A model generated the notes under the pieces. The model did no database searches, was not told where the DNA came from, and worked only from the letters and a program-made list of their open reading frames with translations. The position numbers and the translations under genes are program-made. A stretch of 15,314 nt of DNA from assembly GCA_040758355.1 (NCBI GenBank), contig JBFLWF010000044.1:1-15314 (forward strand). Direction: 5' to 3'. Source of the stretch: Nitrospirota bacterium (GTDB lineage: Bacteria > Nitrospirota > Thermodesulfovibrionia > Thermodesulfovibrionales > Dissulfurispiraceae). Below are positions 14,677 to 15,314 of this stretch, piece by piece; the first letter of the stretch is position 1; each line of letters opens with the position of its first letter.

Positions 14677-15198
14677 ATGAAAACAAGAAAAATAATAGCA
14701 TTTATATTTTTATGCCTCTTTTTGACCTCTGGATGTGCCATGATCGAAAGCATAAAATCTGACAATATTCAGAAGGAGATTATTGAGGGGAATCCGCAAG
14801 CTTTTGTGAAAATACCCATTTGGGGAGTTTATGTAATTGAGAATGATGATAAAGAGATTGAGATATATAAAGTAGTTAAAGGGTCTCCTGCTAATAACGC
14901 AGATGTTAGATATGGGGATATTATCGTTAGCGTAGACGGTCTGCCGGTTAAAGAACGTTATGCTTTATTTAAGCTTGTATATGAGCGGAAAGCACCCGAT
15001 GAGGCTATAGAGGTAGTATTAAAAAGGAAAGACGTTAGATTTAGAAAAAGCATTACACCAAACTCCGGCTATATGATGAAAGACGCTTATGTATTCATGC
15101 GTGAAATTGTAAGGACGAAAGAGCCTTTATATTTGGCAATCGTAGTAGGATCTTTAAATAACATTTATTTGCAAGGCGAGGCATTAGCAGGGTGCTGA
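14677..15198 (+). pseudogene. PDZ-domain lipoprotein, probably truncated by an IS at 15188
   Basis: Lipobox LTSGC and PDZ motif VVKGSPANNADVRYGDIIVSVDG. The stop TGA lies inside the IS-like end CAGGGTGCTGAAAAA. Confidence 0.65.
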
Positions 15199-15314
15199 AA
15201 AATTCATAAAAATAATGAAACATGATCCATTAATGCAAAATTTCCATGATATCGAGAGCGGTAAGTTCTCTTCTGAGGGTTCTTATTCGCCTTCTGAGGT
15301 GCCATCGACATGCT
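15188..15314. mobile_element. Terminal part of an insertion sequence (IS5/IS1182-like end, family unresolved)
   Basis: Begins CAGGGTGCTGAAAAATTC after TTAG and resembles CAGG(C/G)TG(C/T)TGAAAAA IS ends. Its length equals that of the left IS end (127 bp). A minus-strand frame ending at 15230 (...WHLRRRIRTLRRELTALDIMEILH-stop) may be a transposase C-terminus. Confidence 0.55.

Noticed and set aside
1..15314. CRISPR array, tRNA or rRNA genes
   Set aside because: No repeat-spacer periodicity or RNA gene signatures were seen. The heptamer arrays have no spacers.

Overview
This 15.3-kb bacterial fragment has all intact genes on the + strand. Gene content and protein style suggest an anaerobic diderm such as Nitrospirota/Thermodesulfovibrionia, which is inference only. 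It is bounded by probable insertion-sequence ends, each exactly 127 bp. Left accessory part: a passenger-less inverse-autotransporter (intimin/invasin-type) beta-barrel coupled to a secreted beta-rich partner. Core part: RNase H-like exonuclease, xerD, LonC-type protease, lpxL-like acyltransferase, mlaE-mlaF-mlaD, a small tetraheme cytochrome c, an archaeal-type SAM synthetase, def, fmt and DUF116. Right accessory part: a DUF433/DUF5615(PIN) toxin-antitoxin pair, a signal-peptide remnant and an IS-truncated PDZ lipoprotein. The most notable signals are (i) the barrel plus separate-partner pair, possibly a split type Ve or strand-exchange surface system, (ii) degenerate CAG-cored 7-bp tandem repeats inside or at the ends of housekeeping genes, (iii) a 37-bp hairpin element with a 5-bp target duplication inserted in frame in lpxL, (iv) two MITE-like intergenic elements and (v) apparently leaderless mat and def genes. 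Family assignments come from motif recognition, not database searches.
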